Shown: positions 1 to 11,174, counted from the first letter of the stretch. The stretch: 64,000 nucleotides of DNA from an uncultured Lachnospiraceae bacterium (GCA_964403505.1 CAYOFP010000004.1:33978-97977); one strand, 5' to 3'. The notes: generated by a model not told the origin, from the sequence alone. Numbers and translations are program-made.

Positions 1-547
1 TGATTCCCTCCTCGAGGTCGGGCATCATGATATACTCGAGTGCATTGACACGCCGGCGTGTCTTTTCTATTTCCTCTGCGAGCATCTGCGCTGTCTTTTC
101 CTTCTCTGCAAGCTCTACGAGGTCTGGAAGTATATCCGAAAGCTCTGCCACCGCCGAGTCGAGCTCGCCCGATGTAAATGCAAAGCCATAGTTATAGCTA
201 CCCTCGCCGCCGTCCTTTACCGAAAAGGAAAACTCGGGAACAGTCACGCTCATCATATTTCCGTAGGAAAGATCAAGCTCGCCTTCTTTTTTCGGGAGCA
301 TAAGCGCTTCTTCGAGCATTTTCGGCGACGAAACGGCCGCCGCAACAGAAAAGCTCTTATGCACCTTCATCAGGCTCTCCTCGACCTTTTCACGCAATTC
401 CTTATTATCCTTTACGATCTCGAGAAATTGCTTCATCAGCTCGTCCCGCTTATCTTTCAGAAGCTTATGACCCCGTCTTGCCGTAGCCAAACGTGCCTTG
501 AGCTTCTTTAGCTCCATACGGGTAGGATTGACATTTGTCATCGCCAT
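1..547 (-). CDS. ntpD: V-type ATP synthase subunit D (3' end runs off the window)
   Basis: Not in the ORF track because it is open at the window edge. My translation of the minus strand from the ATG at 545-547 gives MAMTNVNPTRMELKKLKARLATARRGHKLLKDKRDEL..., the conserved N-terminus of V/A-ATPase D subunits. It directly follows subunit B. Confidence 0.85.
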   Translation of the reverse strand, partial: MAMTNVNPTRMELKKLKARLATARRGHKLLKDKRDELMKQFLEIVKDNKELREKVEESLMKVHKSFSVAAAVSSPKMLEEALMLPKKEGELDLSYGNMMSVTVPEFSFSVKDGGEGSYNYGFAFTSGELDSAVAELSDILPDLVELAEKEKTAQMLAEEIEKTRRRVNALEYIMMPDLEEGI

Positions 548-548
548 A

Positions 549-1928
549 TCAGTTATCCTTCTTCGGCAAATACTTATCGAGCATATCCGGCTTTATTCTC
601 TTCAGTTCCGAACGTGGGAACATGGATAACAGCTTCCAGCCGATATCGAGCGTCTCCTCGATCGTTCTGTTCTCATAGAAGCCCTGATTGATATACTCTG
701 CCTCAAATTCATCGGCAAAACGTGCATACAGTCTGTCCATCGGAGTCAGCGCCGCCTCACCGAGGACGACCATAAGCTCCTTTGCGTCCTTACCTCTCGC
801 ATAGTTTGCGAAGAGCTGGTTCATGATACTCTTATGGTCTTCACGGGTCTTATCCGGTCCGATACCCTTATCTTTCAGACGGGAAAGGGACGGGAGAACA
901 TCGACGGGAGGGAGTACACCCTTTCTGTAAAGGTCACGGGAGAGGATGATCTGTCCCTCCGTGATATATCCCGTAAGGTCGGGGATGGGGTGCGTTTTAT
1001 CATCCTCAGGCATAGTGAGGATCGGGATCATCGTGATAGAACCCTCACAGCCCTCTTTTCTTCCTGCTCTTTCATACATTGTCGCAAGGTCGGTATAAAG
1101 ATATCCGGGATATCCGCGTCTGCCGGGGACTTCCTTTCGTGCAGCGGAGACCTCACGCAGTGCCTCGGCATAGTTTGTGATATCCGTCATGATAACGAGA
1201 ACGTGCATTCCCTTTTCAAAAGCAAGGTACTCTGCCGCAGTCAGTGCCATACGGGGCGTAGAAATACGCTCGATCGCAGGGTCGGATGCGAGGTTGACAA
1301 AAAGCACGGTTCTGTCGATCGCACCTGTTTTCTTAAAATCCGAAATGAAGAAATCCGATTCCTCAAACGTGATACCGATCGCCGCAAATACGACGGCAAA
1401 TTTTGAATCGGAATTGCGTACCTTCGCCTGACGTGCGATCTGTGCGGCGAGGTTTGCATGAGGCAGACCTGACGCCGAGAATATCGGCAGTTTCTGTCCT
1501 CGAACCAGCGTATTCAGACCGTCGATGGTCGATACGCCCGTCTGAATAAACTCCGATGGGTACATACGTGCCGCCGGATTGATCGGTGTGCCGTTGATAT
1601 CAAGCTGTTTATCTGCGATGATCTTCGGCCCTTTGTCGATCGGCTCGCCCATACCATTGAATACCCGTCCGAGCATATCTTCCGAGACGGGGAGCTGTGT
1701 GCTGTGTCCGAGGAAACGCACCTTACTCTCAGCGAGGTTAAGTCCTGCCGCTGAATCAAAAAGCTGAACGAGCACGTTCGAGCCGTTTACCTCGAGCACC
1801 TTACATTTACGTATCTCACCGCTCGGCAGTTCGATCTCGCCGAGCTCGTCATACTTGACATTCTCGACATTTTTGACGAGCATAAGAGGGCCGGCGACTT
1901 CCTCGATCGTCTTATATTCTCTTACCAT
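549..1928 (-). CDS. ntpB: V-type ATP synthase subunit B
   Basis: 459-aa ORF with B-subunit signatures [10 protein letters not shown] and [22 protein letters not shown]. It lies between the A and D subunit genes. Confidence 0.95.
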   Translation of the reverse strand: MVREYKTIEEVAGPLMLVKNVENVKYDELGEIELPSGEIRKCKVLEVNGSNVLVQLFDSAAGLNLAESKVRFLGHSTQLPVSEDMLGRVFNGMGEPIDKGPKIIADKQLDINGTPINPAARMYPSEFIQTGVSTIDGLNTLVRGQKLPIFSASGLPHANLAAQIARQAKVRNSDSKFAVVFAAIGITFEESDFFISDFKKTGAIDRTVLFVNLASDPAIERISTPRMALTAAEYLAFEKGMHVLVIMTDITNYAEALREVSAARKEVPGRRGYPGYLYTDLATMYERAGRKEGCEGSITMIPILTMPEDDKTHPIPDLTGYITEGQIILSRDLYRKGVLPPVDVLPSLSRLKDKGIGPDKTREDHKSIMNQLFANYARGKDAKELMVVLGEAALTPMDRLYARFADEFEAEYINQGFYENRTIEETLDIGWKLLSMFPRSELKRIKPDMLDKYLPKKDN

Positions 1929-1929
1929 C

Positions 1930-3702
1930 TTATGCCTCCTCTGCCTCGGCTACGATGCCGTCAAGCTCTTTCTGTACTTTTTCTTTTATGGTTTTATATT
2001 CTGCTTTGAATCTGTCAGCCGGAACGCTCTTTGCACGGCCGATCAGTTCTCTTGTCGGCATGACGGCGATCTTATCTATGGGAGCGCCCTTCTTGATCGC
2101 CTCTTTTGCCTTATCATAGAAGTAAAGGATGAGCTCGAGCAGTGCATTCTGCTTTTCAAGAGGTGTGTAAGAATCATCGGGATCCATAGCGTCCTGCTGC
2201 AAGAAGTCCTCACGGACACTGCGTGCCACCTCGAGCGTGAGGCGGTCATCGGCAGAAAGCGCATCCTCGCCGACGAGCTTAACGATCTCGTCGAGCTCTG
2301 CCTCTTTTTGCAGGATTCTCATCGCCTCGGCAATATAGCTCTCCCACGTCGAGGAAACATTTTCGTTAAACCACGGGTTAAGCCTGTCTTTATACAGCGA
2401 ATATGAATTCAGCCAGTTGATCGCCGGGAAGTGGCGCTTATATGCGAGGTTGGAATCAAGCCCCCAGAACACCTTGACGATACGAAGTGTCGCCTGGGTT
2501 ACAGGCTCGGAAAGGTCGCCGCCGGGAGGCGATACTGCGCCGATGGCGGAAAGTGCGCCCTGGCGCTCGTCAGAACCGAGACATACGACGCTTCCGGCTC
2601 TCTCATAGAACTGCGCAAGACGGGATGTAAGATATGCAGGATATCCCTCCTCGCCCGGCATTTCCTCAAGGCGGCCGGACATCTCACGGAGCGCCTCTGC
2701 CCATCTCGACGAGGAATCGGCGATGATGGCAACGGCATAACCCATATCTCTGAAATATTCTGCTATTGTAATACCCGTATATATCGAAGCCTCACGTGCC
2801 GCAACGGGCATATCGGACGTATTTGCGATCAAAACCGTACGCTTCATAAGCGAGAAGCCCGTGCGTGGATCCTGCAGCTCAGGGAATTCACGCAGAACAT
2901 CTGTCATCTCGTTTCCTCGCTCTCCGCATCCGACGTAAACGACGATATCAACATCGCTCCACTTTGCGAGCTGATGCTGAACGACCGTCTTGCCCGAGCC
3001 GAAGGGACCGGGAACACATGCCGTGCCGCCCCGTGCGATCGGGAACATAGAGTCAACGTTCCGCTGACCCGTGATCATAGGCGTATTGGGAGGCAGCTTC
3101 TCTGCATAAGGTCTTGCACGGCGGACAGGCCACTTCTGAGCAAGCGTGATATCGACCGTCTCTCCCTTATCTGTTTTCAATTTACCGATCGGAGCGTCGA
3201 CCGTATAATCGCCGCTTGAAATACTCTCAATAACGCCGGAAACACCGGGAGGTACCATGATCTTATGGAGCACGCTCTCCGTTTCCTGAACCGTACCGTA
3301 GATGTCTCCGCCGCTTACCTTATCCCCTGCCTTGCAGGTGGCATCAAAATGCCATACTGCCGTTCTGTCAAGGGCAGGCACATCGATTCCGCGGGTGAGA
3401 TTCGCACCGACCATCTCGACTATTTTTTCGAGCGGACGCTGAATACCGTCATAAATATTATTGACAAGTCCCGGTCCGAGCTCTACCGAAAGAGGAGCGC
3501 CCGTCGATACGACCTTATCTCCCCTGCCGAGTCCCGCCGTCTCCTCATAAACCTGGATGGAGGCCCGGTCTCCGTGCATTTCGATGATCTCTCCGATGAG
3601 CTTTGCCTCACCGACACGCACAACGTCGAACATATTTGCTTCACGCATACCGTCGGCTACGACAAGCGGTCCGGAAACTTTAACTATTCTTCCTTCTATC
3701 AT
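1930..3702 (-). CDS. ntpA: V-type ATP synthase catalytic subunit A
   Basis: 590-aa ORF with Walker A GPFGSGKT and [10 protein letters not shown]. The length and non-homologous insert region are typical of V/A-type A subunits. Confidence 0.95.
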   Translation of the reverse strand: MIEGRIVKVSGPLVVADGMREANMFDVVRVGEAKLIGEIIEMHGDRASIQVYEETAGLGRGDKVVSTGAPLSVELGPGLVNNIYDGIQRPLEKIVEMVGANLTRGIDVPALDRTAVWHFDATCKAGDKVSGGDIYGTVQETESVLHKIMVPPGVSGVIESISSGDYTVDAPIGKLKTDKGETVDITLAQKWPVRRARPYAEKLPPNTPMITGQRNVDSMFPIARGGTACVPGPFGSGKTVVQHQLAKWSDVDIVVYVGCGERGNEMTDVLREFPELQDPRTGFSLMKRTVLIANTSDMPVAAREASIYTGITIAEYFRDMGYAVAIIADSSSRWAEALREMSGRLEEMPGEEGYPAYLTSRLAQFYERAGSVVCLGSDERQGALSAIGAVSPPGGDLSEPVTQATLRIVKVFWGLDSNLAYKRHFPAINWLNSYSLYKDRLNPWFNENVSSTWESYIAEAMRILQKEAELDEIVKLVGEDALSADDRLTLEVARSVREDFLQQDAMDPDDSYTPLEKQNALLELILYFYDKAKEAIKKGAPIDKIAVMPTRELIGRAKSVPADRFKAEYKTIKEKVQKELDGIVAEAEEA

Positions 3703-3706
3703 TTAC

Positions 3707-4024
3707 TTACTCCTTAAAGAGAATGTCTGCGCCAACTGCGCGTTCAACTGATTTTTTAAGGTTCGTCATACCGTAACCCGTCGTGCCGTCCTTGCCCGGA
3801 ATGACAATGACCGCAGGAATCGGCTTATCCTTATATCTCGCTATCTCCTCTTCCATACGGAATGCGAGATTTTCGGTGATATATATCACAGCATAATCCT
3901 CGTTTGCCATCTGACGAAGCAGTTTCGATGCCTGCACGGTATCATCGGCTGCAAAAACCTTGAATCCGACAGCCATAAATCCGAGGACGCTGTCCTTATC
4001 TCCTATCACGCCTATCTTATACAT
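3707..4024 (-). CDS. ntpF: V-type ATP synthase subunit F
   Basis: 105-aa ORF starting MYKIGVIGDKDSVLGFMAVGF..., F-subunit-like. It overlaps the subunit C gene by 8 nt. Confidence 0.85.
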   Translation of the reverse strand: MYKIGVIGDKDSVLGFMAVGFKVFAADDTVQASKLLRQMANEDYAVIYITENLAFRMEEEIARYKDKPIPAVIVIPGKDGTTGYGMTNLKKSVERAVGADILFKE

Positions 4025-5006
4025 AACTTGCCCTCAGCCTTTCCGTGATTTTTTCGGTTGGCAGAGCCGCTTGCTTTGATGCGTACAGGATACGCAGATT
4101 CTTCGCCTCATACTCACGTGCTACGACATATGCTACGAGCACACAGGCGCCGTATGAAACAAACTTTGTATGCTCCTTTACGTATCTCATATATTCATCA
4201 TCGCATTCCCTCTCAAGCAAGGAGAGCGACACACCGACACCGTTTGCGGCGAGCGCCGAATATTCCCCGGATGCAAGATAACGGAAAAACTCCTCCTCGT
4301 CCTTCTCAAAAAGAGAGACAAACTGCGAGAGCGATATCGTTCCGCCGTCGATGAGATTTTCCCGGAGAAATGCGGAATTCACATATCCGCTCTTCATACG
4401 CATGAGCCGAACGGTCGTAAGAATATTCGTCAGGTCTATTCTGACCGATACAAGCTCCGACAAAAACGGAAAATCGTAATCCGACAGCAGCTGTTTCATC
4501 GAGGCATAGCACGCCTTGTCGATCAGGGTATCAATCCTCTGCGGGTCAGAGGTACGGGCGTATTCGTCGAGCGCAGTATTCGCCGCTTCCGCCATCTCCT
4601 CGGGAAACGGTGAGAAATCACGGTCCCGTACACAGGCGGCGATGCGTGATGTTTCTACCGTACCGAGCTCTACGAATAAATGCCCGGGATCTGAATCACG
4701 CAGTGCACTCTTGATCGCACTTTTGAGATTATGCGCATCATACTGATAACGCAAAACGTCAAATACCTTTGCGCCGGAAATCTTATATGCGGTCTCAAAC
4801 GCCTCGTTTAACCGTGCGTCGATACCTGCGTCATATCCGTTTTCGGGAGAGACGCCTGCATCCTCGAGCATCCTCGTAAGCTCGGACAGATTCTTCGTCT
4901 GCGCCATGGCGATGAGCTTCTCTGTGCCGACAATGCTGTTTTCAAGCGCACGAATCAGTCCCGTCTGATATAGATAGTCGCTGTCTTTTATCTTAATTTT
5001 CTTCAC
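4017..5006 (-). CDS. ntpC: V-type ATP synthase subunit C (d-like)
   Basis: 329-aa all-helical ORF in the canonical position between E and F. Confidence 0.8.
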   Translation of the reverse strand: MKKIKIKDSDYLYQTGLIRALENSIVGTEKLIAMAQTKNLSELTRMLEDAGVSPENGYDAGIDARLNEAFETAYKISGAKVFDVLRYQYDAHNLKSAIKSALRDSDPGHLFVELGTVETSRIAACVRDRDFSPFPEEMAEAANTALDEYARTSDPQRIDTLIDKACYASMKQLLSDYDFPFLSELVSVRIDLTNILTTVRLMRMKSGYVNSAFLRENLIDGGTISLSQFVSLFEKDEEEFFRYLASGEYSALAANGVGVSLSLLERECDDEYMRYVKEHTKFVSYGACVLVAYVVAREYEAKNLRILYASKQAALPTEKITERLRASYV

Positions 5007-5021
5007 GACTCATTCTCCGAA

Positions 5022-5678
5022 TCAATTATTGCCGAAAAGTGCCTTATACACCTCAGGCTCTGTTTGCTCACGAACCTCAGCCACCGCCTGCTCGATAGAG
5101 CAGTTAATAAACATATCCCCGTATGCGATGAGCATTCCGCCTGCGATATCCGCACATTCACGGGAGAGCAGGCATTTTTTGCCTGTACCCTTCAGCGCGT
5201 CAGACGCAAACTTCTCAAGCTCGGATGCGTATTTTTCGGTGTCTTTTTCATTGAGACTGACAACAAATGTGTCGGGGGCGGTATACTCGCTGTCCTCATC
5301 GCAAAGAAGCGCGCTCTCAGATGCGAGCGTGTCCTTTGCGGCGGCGGAAAACATCCCCTTAAGCATATCAAGATACTCTTTTTTATCCATACGGGAAATG
5401 TAACCGACCGCATTTTCATATGCCTCGTCGACCATTTTGCTTTTCGCTGTGAGGAGCATATTACGCCTGAGCATAGCGGCATTTGAAAGACCCCTCGAGA
5501 GAATGCTCTCGCATTCTTTTTCTGCCGCGGCATTTGCTTCATCGATTATTTTTGCCGCCTCATCGCTGTATTTCTTTTTAATCTGCTCTATCTCACTCTT
5601 TGCATCCTCGTATGATTTATCACACGAGGCTTTTGCATCGCTTAAGATGGCAGATGTGATTTTTTCGAGTCCTTGCAT
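5022..5678 (-). CDS. ntpE: V-type ATP synthase subunit E
   Basis: 218-aa ORF with an Ala/Glu/Lys-rich N-terminal coiled coil and a globular C-terminus. Operon position is between K and C. Confidence 0.8.
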   Translation of the reverse strand: MQGLEKITSAILSDAKASCDKSYEDAKSEIEQIKKKYSDEAAKIIDEANAAAEKECESILSRGLSNAAMLRRNMLLTAKSKMVDEAYENAVGYISRMDKKEYLDMLKGMFSAAAKDTLASESALLCDEDSEYTAPDTFVVSLNEKDTEKYASELEKFASDALKGTGKKCLLSRECADIAGGMLIAYGDMFINCSIEQAVAEVREQTEPEVYKALFGNN

Positions 5679-5681
5679 AAA

Positions 5682-6182
5682 TCAACCCTTATAGAAGATG
5701 ATAAGAAGAAGCGATACGAGAAGTGCGAAGATCGCATATGTCTCAACAAGAGCGCTCGATGTAATAGCCTTACCGACCTCATTTTTCTGCTTTGCGATAA
5801 GAGATATGCCCGATACTGCAACCTTTGCCTGATGACGAGCCGAGATATAGCCGACAACAGCAATCGGGAGCGACGCCATAAGGAAGTAACCGCCCTGTGC
5901 TACAGTGAGATTCGAGCCTGTCCCGCTCATAATACCTGCGTTTGTCATGATCATAAACGCTGTGATAAGACCGTAAATACCCTGTGTGCCGGGAAGAGCC
6001 TCGAGAATGAGCACCTTACCGAACATATTCGGCTGCTCTGTCAAAAGACCCGAACCTGCCTGACCGACGATTCCAACGCCGATAGCCGAGCCCGCACCTG
6101 CGAGTCCAGCTGCGAGAAATGCGCCAATAAGCGCTAAGTTCTGTCCTGTTAATAAGCTTGCTAAAAGATCTGCGATTGTCAT
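5682..6182 (-). CDS. ntpK: V-type ATPase proteolipid subunit K (double hairpin, 4 TM)
   Basis: The ORF track gives 5682-6215. I prefer the ATG at 6180-6182 (MTIADLL...), which is preceded by GGAGGA and follows the subunit I stop at 6184. Motifs LPGTQGIYG and ALVETYAIF are present. Confidence 0.85.
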   Translation of the reverse strand: MTIADLLASLLTGQNLALIGAFLAAGLAGAGSAIGVGIVGQAGSGLLTEQPNMFGKVLILEALPGTQGIYGLITAFMIMTNAGIMSGTGSNLTVAQGGYFLMASLPIAVVGYISARHQAKVAVSGISLIAKQKNEVGKAITSSALVETYAIFALLVSLLLIIFYKG

Positions 6183-6183
6183 T

Positions 6184-8172
6184 TTACTTTTCCTCCGAAA
6201 ATAAAGTTTCATCATCGATTCTCGTGTATGTCGCCTCCGGCATTACGGGAGCAAATTCCCTGCCGCCATCCTCGAAAAACTTACCGAAGAATTCGATATA
6301 TTGCAATCTGCTTGTATGAACGAATGTTCCGAGCAGATTAATTACAAGATTTAATGTGTGTCCGAATATCAGAATGAGCGTCATTATCGCCCACGCCGCC
6401 ACCTTACCGACAATACTTCCCATCAGGCCGCCTGCAGGCATTGTCGCAAGTATATTTACTACATTTGCAATGATAGCCGAGGCAAGACCGAGAGCCATTA
6501 TTCTCGAATAAGATAACAGATCGGATATATAGTTGACTATGTTATAAAGGCTCTTGACTCCGCCGAATACCTTCATAACGGGATTTTTGGAATCACGTCC
6601 CTGTGAGAACACCAGCATAAGCACACCGACGATCGCAACGACAGCGCCTACCGTCGAGTTGACAAAGATAAGTCCTATGCCTGCAAACAGCACATACCAC
6701 GAGCCGACATCGAAAAGTGCGGCAAACGGATGTCCGTTCTTTATCAATATATACGCCTGTATTCCCATACCGAAAAGCAGATGTACAGCCCCCGCTATAA
6801 ACGCCAACACAAGGAAGTATATCGGTCCCGTGCCCGTCGTCGGGTCAAAACCCGCCGCAACCGTCGTCACCGAATAGTCGCCGAACATCGTCTGCATGAT
6901 CTTGATCGGCAGATCTCCGAAATATCCGCCGTATATCACGCCGAATACAATACACGATATCCCGCAGAAGCAGAACATCTCGGCAAGATCCTTGACACCC
7001 CGTCCGACATCAAGCTGACGCCAGACGATGAGTCCGCCGATAAACAGTATAATTCCGTATATAACATCTCCGAGCATCATTCCGAAAATTATGAAATAGA
7101 ATATGCTCATTATAAATGTCGGATCGAATGTGCCGTAGCTCGGAAGCGAATACATCTTGACAACGTATTCAAAGGGCTTTGCCCATTTGTTGTTATCAAG
7201 AAGCACCGGCACTTCCTCACCCTCGCCGGGTTCTGTAAATTCATAGGCGCACGGCGATTTATCGAGTACCTTCGTCACCCTTGCGATCGCCTTTTCGGGC
7301 ACCCAACCGCTGATATATACCGTAGACTCGGATCTTCCGAGCTTTGCATGCGCCTTTATTTTTACGACCTCGGTCGAGGCGACATCACACGCAAATTCAA
7401 GATCGGGTATATCCGTGCAGAACGCCTTAAGACGGCCGATCAGCGTCTCCTCCTGCTTTTCAAGAGAATCCATCCTCTCGCCGAGCGCATTATACTGCTC
7501 ATATACCGTAGCTCCGTCACCGGATAAATCCACCCTCGTAAAGCCGTAGGAACCGAGTATTTTCACTGCCTCGTCCGCATCAGGGGAATAAACGATCACA
7601 GCATAGTAGTATGCCGCATCGTCTGCCGAGACACGCTCCGCTATCACACGGTCCGTCGCAGAATATAACGCCCCAAGCGCCCCGTCGACATCCGCACTCA
7701 GCGGAAACGTCCCGAGAAATACCTGCGTATTCTCCGTGCCGCTGTAACCCAAAGGCAGATCGTATTTCATCCACGGTGAGAGTCCGTCGCACCTTGCCTT
7801 TACCTTTGCCTTTTCCGCTCTTACGGCCAAAAGCTCATTCTGAGCATCGAGCACGGCGTCTGCGCTCTGAACTGCGGCGTAATACAGATCCTTTGCGCCG
7901 TCAAAATCCTCACGTTTTACAGCACGCCGCCATGTGAAAAGGCCTTTTTTTACCTCTTCATACGGCTTTAAGACCGCTAACGCCTCGGTTATTTTATCAA
8001 GACGGGAATTTACGAGCGCCAGCTCCGCCTCACAGTCGCACGGCGAGTATACATCTGCACTCTCGATTTTATTCAGCTCCACACACGAGAGCCACATCAG
8101 CTGAGAAATGAGCAGATCCGCCTTATCCGCCATGGCAAAGAGCGAAAGCTTCTTCATATTGCTTACTGCCAT
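6184..8172 (-). CDS. ntpI: V-type ATP synthase subunit I (a-like stator)
   Basis: 662-aa ORF with a soluble coiled-coil N-terminal half and a polytopic C-terminal half carrying the conserved LLSYSRIMALGLA arginine motif. Confidence 0.9.
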   Translation of the reverse strand: MAVSNMKKLSLFAMADKADLLISQLMWLSCVELNKIESADVYSPCDCEAELALVNSRLDKITEALAVLKPYEEVKKGLFTWRRAVKREDFDGAKDLYYAAVQSADAVLDAQNELLAVRAEKAKVKARCDGLSPWMKYDLPLGYSGTENTQVFLGTFPLSADVDGALGALYSATDRVIAERVSADDAAYYYAVIVYSPDADEAVKILGSYGFTRVDLSGDGATVYEQYNALGERMDSLEKQEETLIGRLKAFCTDIPDLEFACDVASTEVVKIKAHAKLGRSESTVYISGWVPEKAIARVTKVLDKSPCAYEFTEPGEGEEVPVLLDNNKWAKPFEYVVKMYSLPSYGTFDPTFIMSIFYFIIFGMMLGDVIYGIILFIGGLIVWRQLDVGRGVKDLAEMFCFCGISCIVFGVIYGGYFGDLPIKIMQTMFGDYSVTTVAAGFDPTTGTGPIYFLVLAFIAGAVHLLFGMGIQAYILIKNGHPFAALFDVGSWYVLFAGIGLIFVNSTVGAVVAIVGVLMLVFSQGRDSKNPVMKVFGGVKSLYNIVNYISDLLSYSRIMALGLASAIIANVVNILATMPAGGLMGSIVGKVAAWAIMTLILIFGHTLNLVINLLGTFVHTSRLQYIEFFGKFFEDGGREFAPVMPEATYTRIDDETLFSEEK

Positions 8173-8519
8173 AGCTGCTTTACCCTCTTTGCGATAACGT
8201 CCACCGCCGTGTCCATATTGGCTTTGGCGCCTGTGGTGAGAAGACCCGATTCGACCCTTGCGCCCGAGCGTCTTTTCTCCTGAACGTCAGTCGCCTCTGT
8301 CTCGGCTTCTGCACGGGCATTCGCCATGATCTCCTTTGCCCTGCCGTGCGCATCGGAGACCATACGTTCCCCCTCGATACGCGCGGCGGCAAGTGCGCCT
8401 TTGACTTTATCAGCTGCTTCCCTTTTCATAAGAGCCGCTTTTTCTTCCGATTCCTTAATTTTCAGAATCGCTTCACTTGCCACTTTTCGCACTGCCTCCT
8501 TTTTCAAAATACTATTCAT
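8163..8519 (-). CDS. small coiled-coil protein, putative V-ATPase peripheral-stalk subunit (G/H-like)
   Basis: First gene of the ntp operon, overlapping ntpI by 10 nt. It is an Ala/Glu/Lys/Arg-rich predicted single long helix. Start chosen at MNSILKK (ATG 8517-8519); the ORF track extends to 8552. Confidence 0.5.
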   Translation of the reverse strand: MNSILKKEAVRKVASEAILKIKESEEKAALMKREAADKVKGALAAARIEGERMVSDAHGRAKEIMANARAEAETEATDVQEKRRSGARVESGLLTTGAKANMDTAVDVIAKRVKQLWQ

Positions 8520-8731
8520 TATAATATTACCACTTTTTCTCAATAAATACAATACTTATTTTGATTTATAATAATAATTTTTACATACTGCACAAATTTT
8601 ATAATTATTGCTTTAAAAGAATAAAAAATGTTGTTTTTCCGTCTTTTTTACCTTTACAAAAGCAGAGAAAAAGAGTACAATATTATGTAGATATCATTAT
8701 ATCTAATTTTAAACCCCTTTCGGAGGATATC

Positions 8732-9562
8732 ATGGAAAAGACACAAATAGAATGTCTTGCAAAAACAGCCGATCGGATACGAATGTCGGTGATCCGCGGC
8801 ACCTATTTCGCAGAAAGCGGCCATCCGGGCGGTTCGCTTTCCATTTGCGACCTGCTCGCTTATCTCTATTTTGCGGAGATGAGGGTAGATGCGCAAATGC
8901 CGAAAATGCCCGACCGTGACAGGCTCGTTCTGTCAAAAGGCCATGCGGCGCCCGCTCTTTACGGCGCGCTGGCAGAAAAGGGATTTTTCCCGAAAGAAGA
9001 TATCGATACCCTGCGCAAGATCGACTCCTATTTGCAAGGGCACCCCGACTGCAAGCATACGCCCGGCGTGGATATGTCGTCCGGCAGTCTCGGACAGGGT
9101 ATTTCGGCGGCGTGCGGCATCGCACTCTCTGCAAAGCTGTCAGGTGACTCATACCGTACCTATGCCATTCTCGGTGACGGCGAGCTTGAAGAGGGAGAAG
9201 TATGGGAAGCGGCGATGTTTGCCTCTCACTATAAGCTCTCGAATCTCTGCGCATTTATCGACTTAAACGGCCTGCAGATCGACGGTTCGACCGCCGAGGT
9301 CATGGATTCCGCACCGGTAGACGATAAATTCCGTGCCTTCGGCTGGAATGTCGTCGTGATCAACGGTCACGATTTTAATGAGATTGAAAAAGCGCTCAAC
9401 TCCTTCCATGCGTGCGAAGACAAGCCCACGGCGGTCATCATGAATACCGTCAAGGGTAAGGGCGTTTCCTATATGGAAAACAAGGCAAACTGGCACGGCG
9501 CAGCGCCTAAGGAAGATGATTTCAATACAGCCGTAAAAGAAATAGAAGCAAGGTTAGGCTAA
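8732..9562 (+). CDS. transketolase, N-terminal (TPP-binding) subunit
   Basis: GHPGGSLS and the GDGELEEGEVWEA TPP motif are present. The ATG at 8732 is preceded by GGAGGA (8723-8728). The longer track ORF (8561) is an AT-rich upstream extension. Confidence 0.9.
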   Translation: MEKTQIECLAKTADRIRMSVIRGTYFAESGHPGGSLSICDLLAYLYFAEMRVDAQMPKMPDRDRLVLSKGHAAPALYGALAEKGFFPKEDIDTLRKIDSYLQGHPDCKHTPGVDMSSGSLGQGISAACGIALSAKLSGDSYRTYAILGDGELEEGEVWEAAMFASHYKLSNLCAFIDLNGLQIDGSTAEVMDSAPVDDKFRAFGWNVVVINGHDFNEIEKALNSFHACEDKPTAVIMNTVKGKGVSYMENKANWHGAAPKEDDFNTAVKEIEARLG

Positions 9563-9574
9563 AAGGAGGACGGC

Positions 9575-10516
9575 ATGGAAAAGATAGCAACAAGAGAAGC
9601 ATACGGTGACGCCCTCGTTGAATTCGGCGCAAAGTACGATATCATCGTACTTGATGCAGACCTCGCAGAAGCGACAAAAACAAAGAAATTCAAGGTAGCT
9701 TACCCCGACAGATTCATAGACTGCGGCATCGCCGAGGGAAATATGATGGCAGTCGCCGCCGGTATTGCGACGACAGGCAAAATCCCCTTTGCGAGCTCGT
9801 TTGCCATGTTTGCGGCAGGCAGAGCCTATGAGCAGATAAGAAACAGTATAGGTTATCCTCACCTCAATGTTAAGATCGGTGCGACCCACGGCGGTATCAC
9901 CGTCGGTGAGGATGGCGCAACACACCAGTGCCTCGAGGATCTCGCACTTATGCGTACCATACCCGGCATGACCGTCATTAACCCGGCAGACGCTGTCGAG
10001 GCAAGAGCCTGCGTCGAGGCGGCAATCAACCATGACGGCCCGGTATATATGCGATTCGGCAGATACGCCGTACCCGTAATACACGATAAGGCTTCATTCA
10101 AATTCGAGCTCGGACGCGGCGTAAAGCTTACCGAGGGAAGCGATGTAACGATCGTTGCGACAGGTATCATGGTATCCATGGCGCTCGAAGCGGCAAAAAT
10201 CCTCGCAGAGGAAGGAATCTCCGCCGAGGTCATTGATATCCACACGATAAAGCCGCTTGATAAGGAACTGATCACAGCATCAGCCGCAAAAACAGGCGCT
10301 GTCGTTACCGCAGAAGAGCACAACATCATCGGCGGTCTCGGCTCAGCCGTTTGCGAATGTCTGTGCGAGGCGCATCCCGTCCCCGTTATGAGAGTCGGCG
10401 TGGAGGATAAATTCGGCAGAAGCGGTAAAGTACCGCCGCTGCTCGAAATGTACGGACTCACACCGCAAAATATAGTAGATAAAGCAAAAGAGGCTATGAA
10501 AAAAAAGGCGATGTGA
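9575..10516 (+). CDS. transketolase, C-terminal (pyrimidine-binding) subunit
   Basis: 313-aa ORF with IAEGNMMAVAAGIA and GEDGATHQCLEDLALMR. It directly follows the N-terminal subunit gene. Confidence 0.9.
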   Translation: MEKIATREAYGDALVEFGAKYDIIVLDADLAEATKTKKFKVAYPDRFIDCGIAEGNMMAVAAGIATTGKIPFASSFAMFAAGRAYEQIRNSIGYPHLNVKIGATHGGITVGEDGATHQCLEDLALMRTIPGMTVINPADAVEARACVEAAINHDGPVYMRFGRYAVPVIHDKASFKFELGRGVKLTEGSDVTIVATGIMVSMALEAAKILAEEGISAEVIDIHTIKPLDKELITASAAKTGAVVTAEEHNIIGGLGSAVCECLCEAHPVPVMRVGVEDKFGRSGKVPPLLEMYGLTPQNIVDKAKEAMKKKAM

Positions 10517-10677
10517 GTTTTTCACAACGCCCAGTGAAAAGATAAGAGAGAAAAATTAAGAGAATCGGTATGCTTCGCTATGCGAAGCAAATTATTAAAA
10601 AAGACGCAAAGCGGCTTTTTCTACCGGTTCTCTTCTCTTTTCTCTCTTAGTTTTTCTTTGGCGATGTTTTACATCGC
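10506..10677. repeat. family A nested-palindrome repeat, copy A1 (inverted relative to A3; fills the convergent intergenic region after transketolase)
   Basis: The reverse complement aligns with A3 through AAGAGAGAAAAGAGAAGAGAACCGGTAGAAAAAGCC...AATTTGCTTCGCATAGCGAAGCATACCGATTCTCTTAATTTTTCTCTCTTATCTTTTC. It is flanked by hairpins GGCGATGTGAgttttTCACAACGCC (which overlaps the tkt stop codon) and GGCGATGttttaCATCGCC. Confidence 0.8.
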
Positions 10678-10679
10678 CT

Positions 10680-11174
10680 TTAGTGCGAGCATATTATTTT
10701 TTTCGCTTTCTCGTTATCGTCTGTCACAAGGAGAACTGCATAGTCACCGTGTGTAAAGACCTCGGCACTTTCGCCGCATCTCTCATAGCCTGAAATGTCA
10801 TATTCCGCCGCTTTTTTCTGCTGTATCAGGTCACGCCTGTCGTACAGCGCAGATACGATCTCGTCAAGGTCGGAATGTGCTCTTGCGAGCAGAATGTGTA
10901 TCTCATACGGCGAATCATCGCAGGATATCATCACGGCATAGTCCGAGCAAAGCGCATTGATATCAAATGTATCGTAATATATTTCCCCGATATGCTCGGC
11001 GTCGAGAAAATGATCCGTATCGGGTGAAGCATCTGAATAATACATCAGACGGGAGGCAGGAGCGTTATCGAGCCCTGTCACGACATACGCCATCAGGGAC
11101 GACGGTCTCGTATTTTCGCCGCAGGAGGTAAGCAGGCATATGCAAAAAAAGATAAACAAAAGTTTTTTTCTCAT
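10680..11174 (-). CDS. putative lipoprotein (DUF4358-like)
   Basis: 164-aa ORF with a signal peptide and lipobox (LLTSC). The family assignment is from memory only. Confidence 0.45.
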   Translation of the reverse strand: MRKKLLFIFFCICLLTSCGENTRPSSLMAYVVTGLDNAPASRLMYYSDASPDTDHFLDAEHIGEIYYDTFDINALCSDYAVMISCDDSPYEIHILLARAHSDLDEIVSALYDRRDLIQQKKAAEYDISGYERCGESAEVFTHGDYAVLLVTDDNEKAKKIICSH

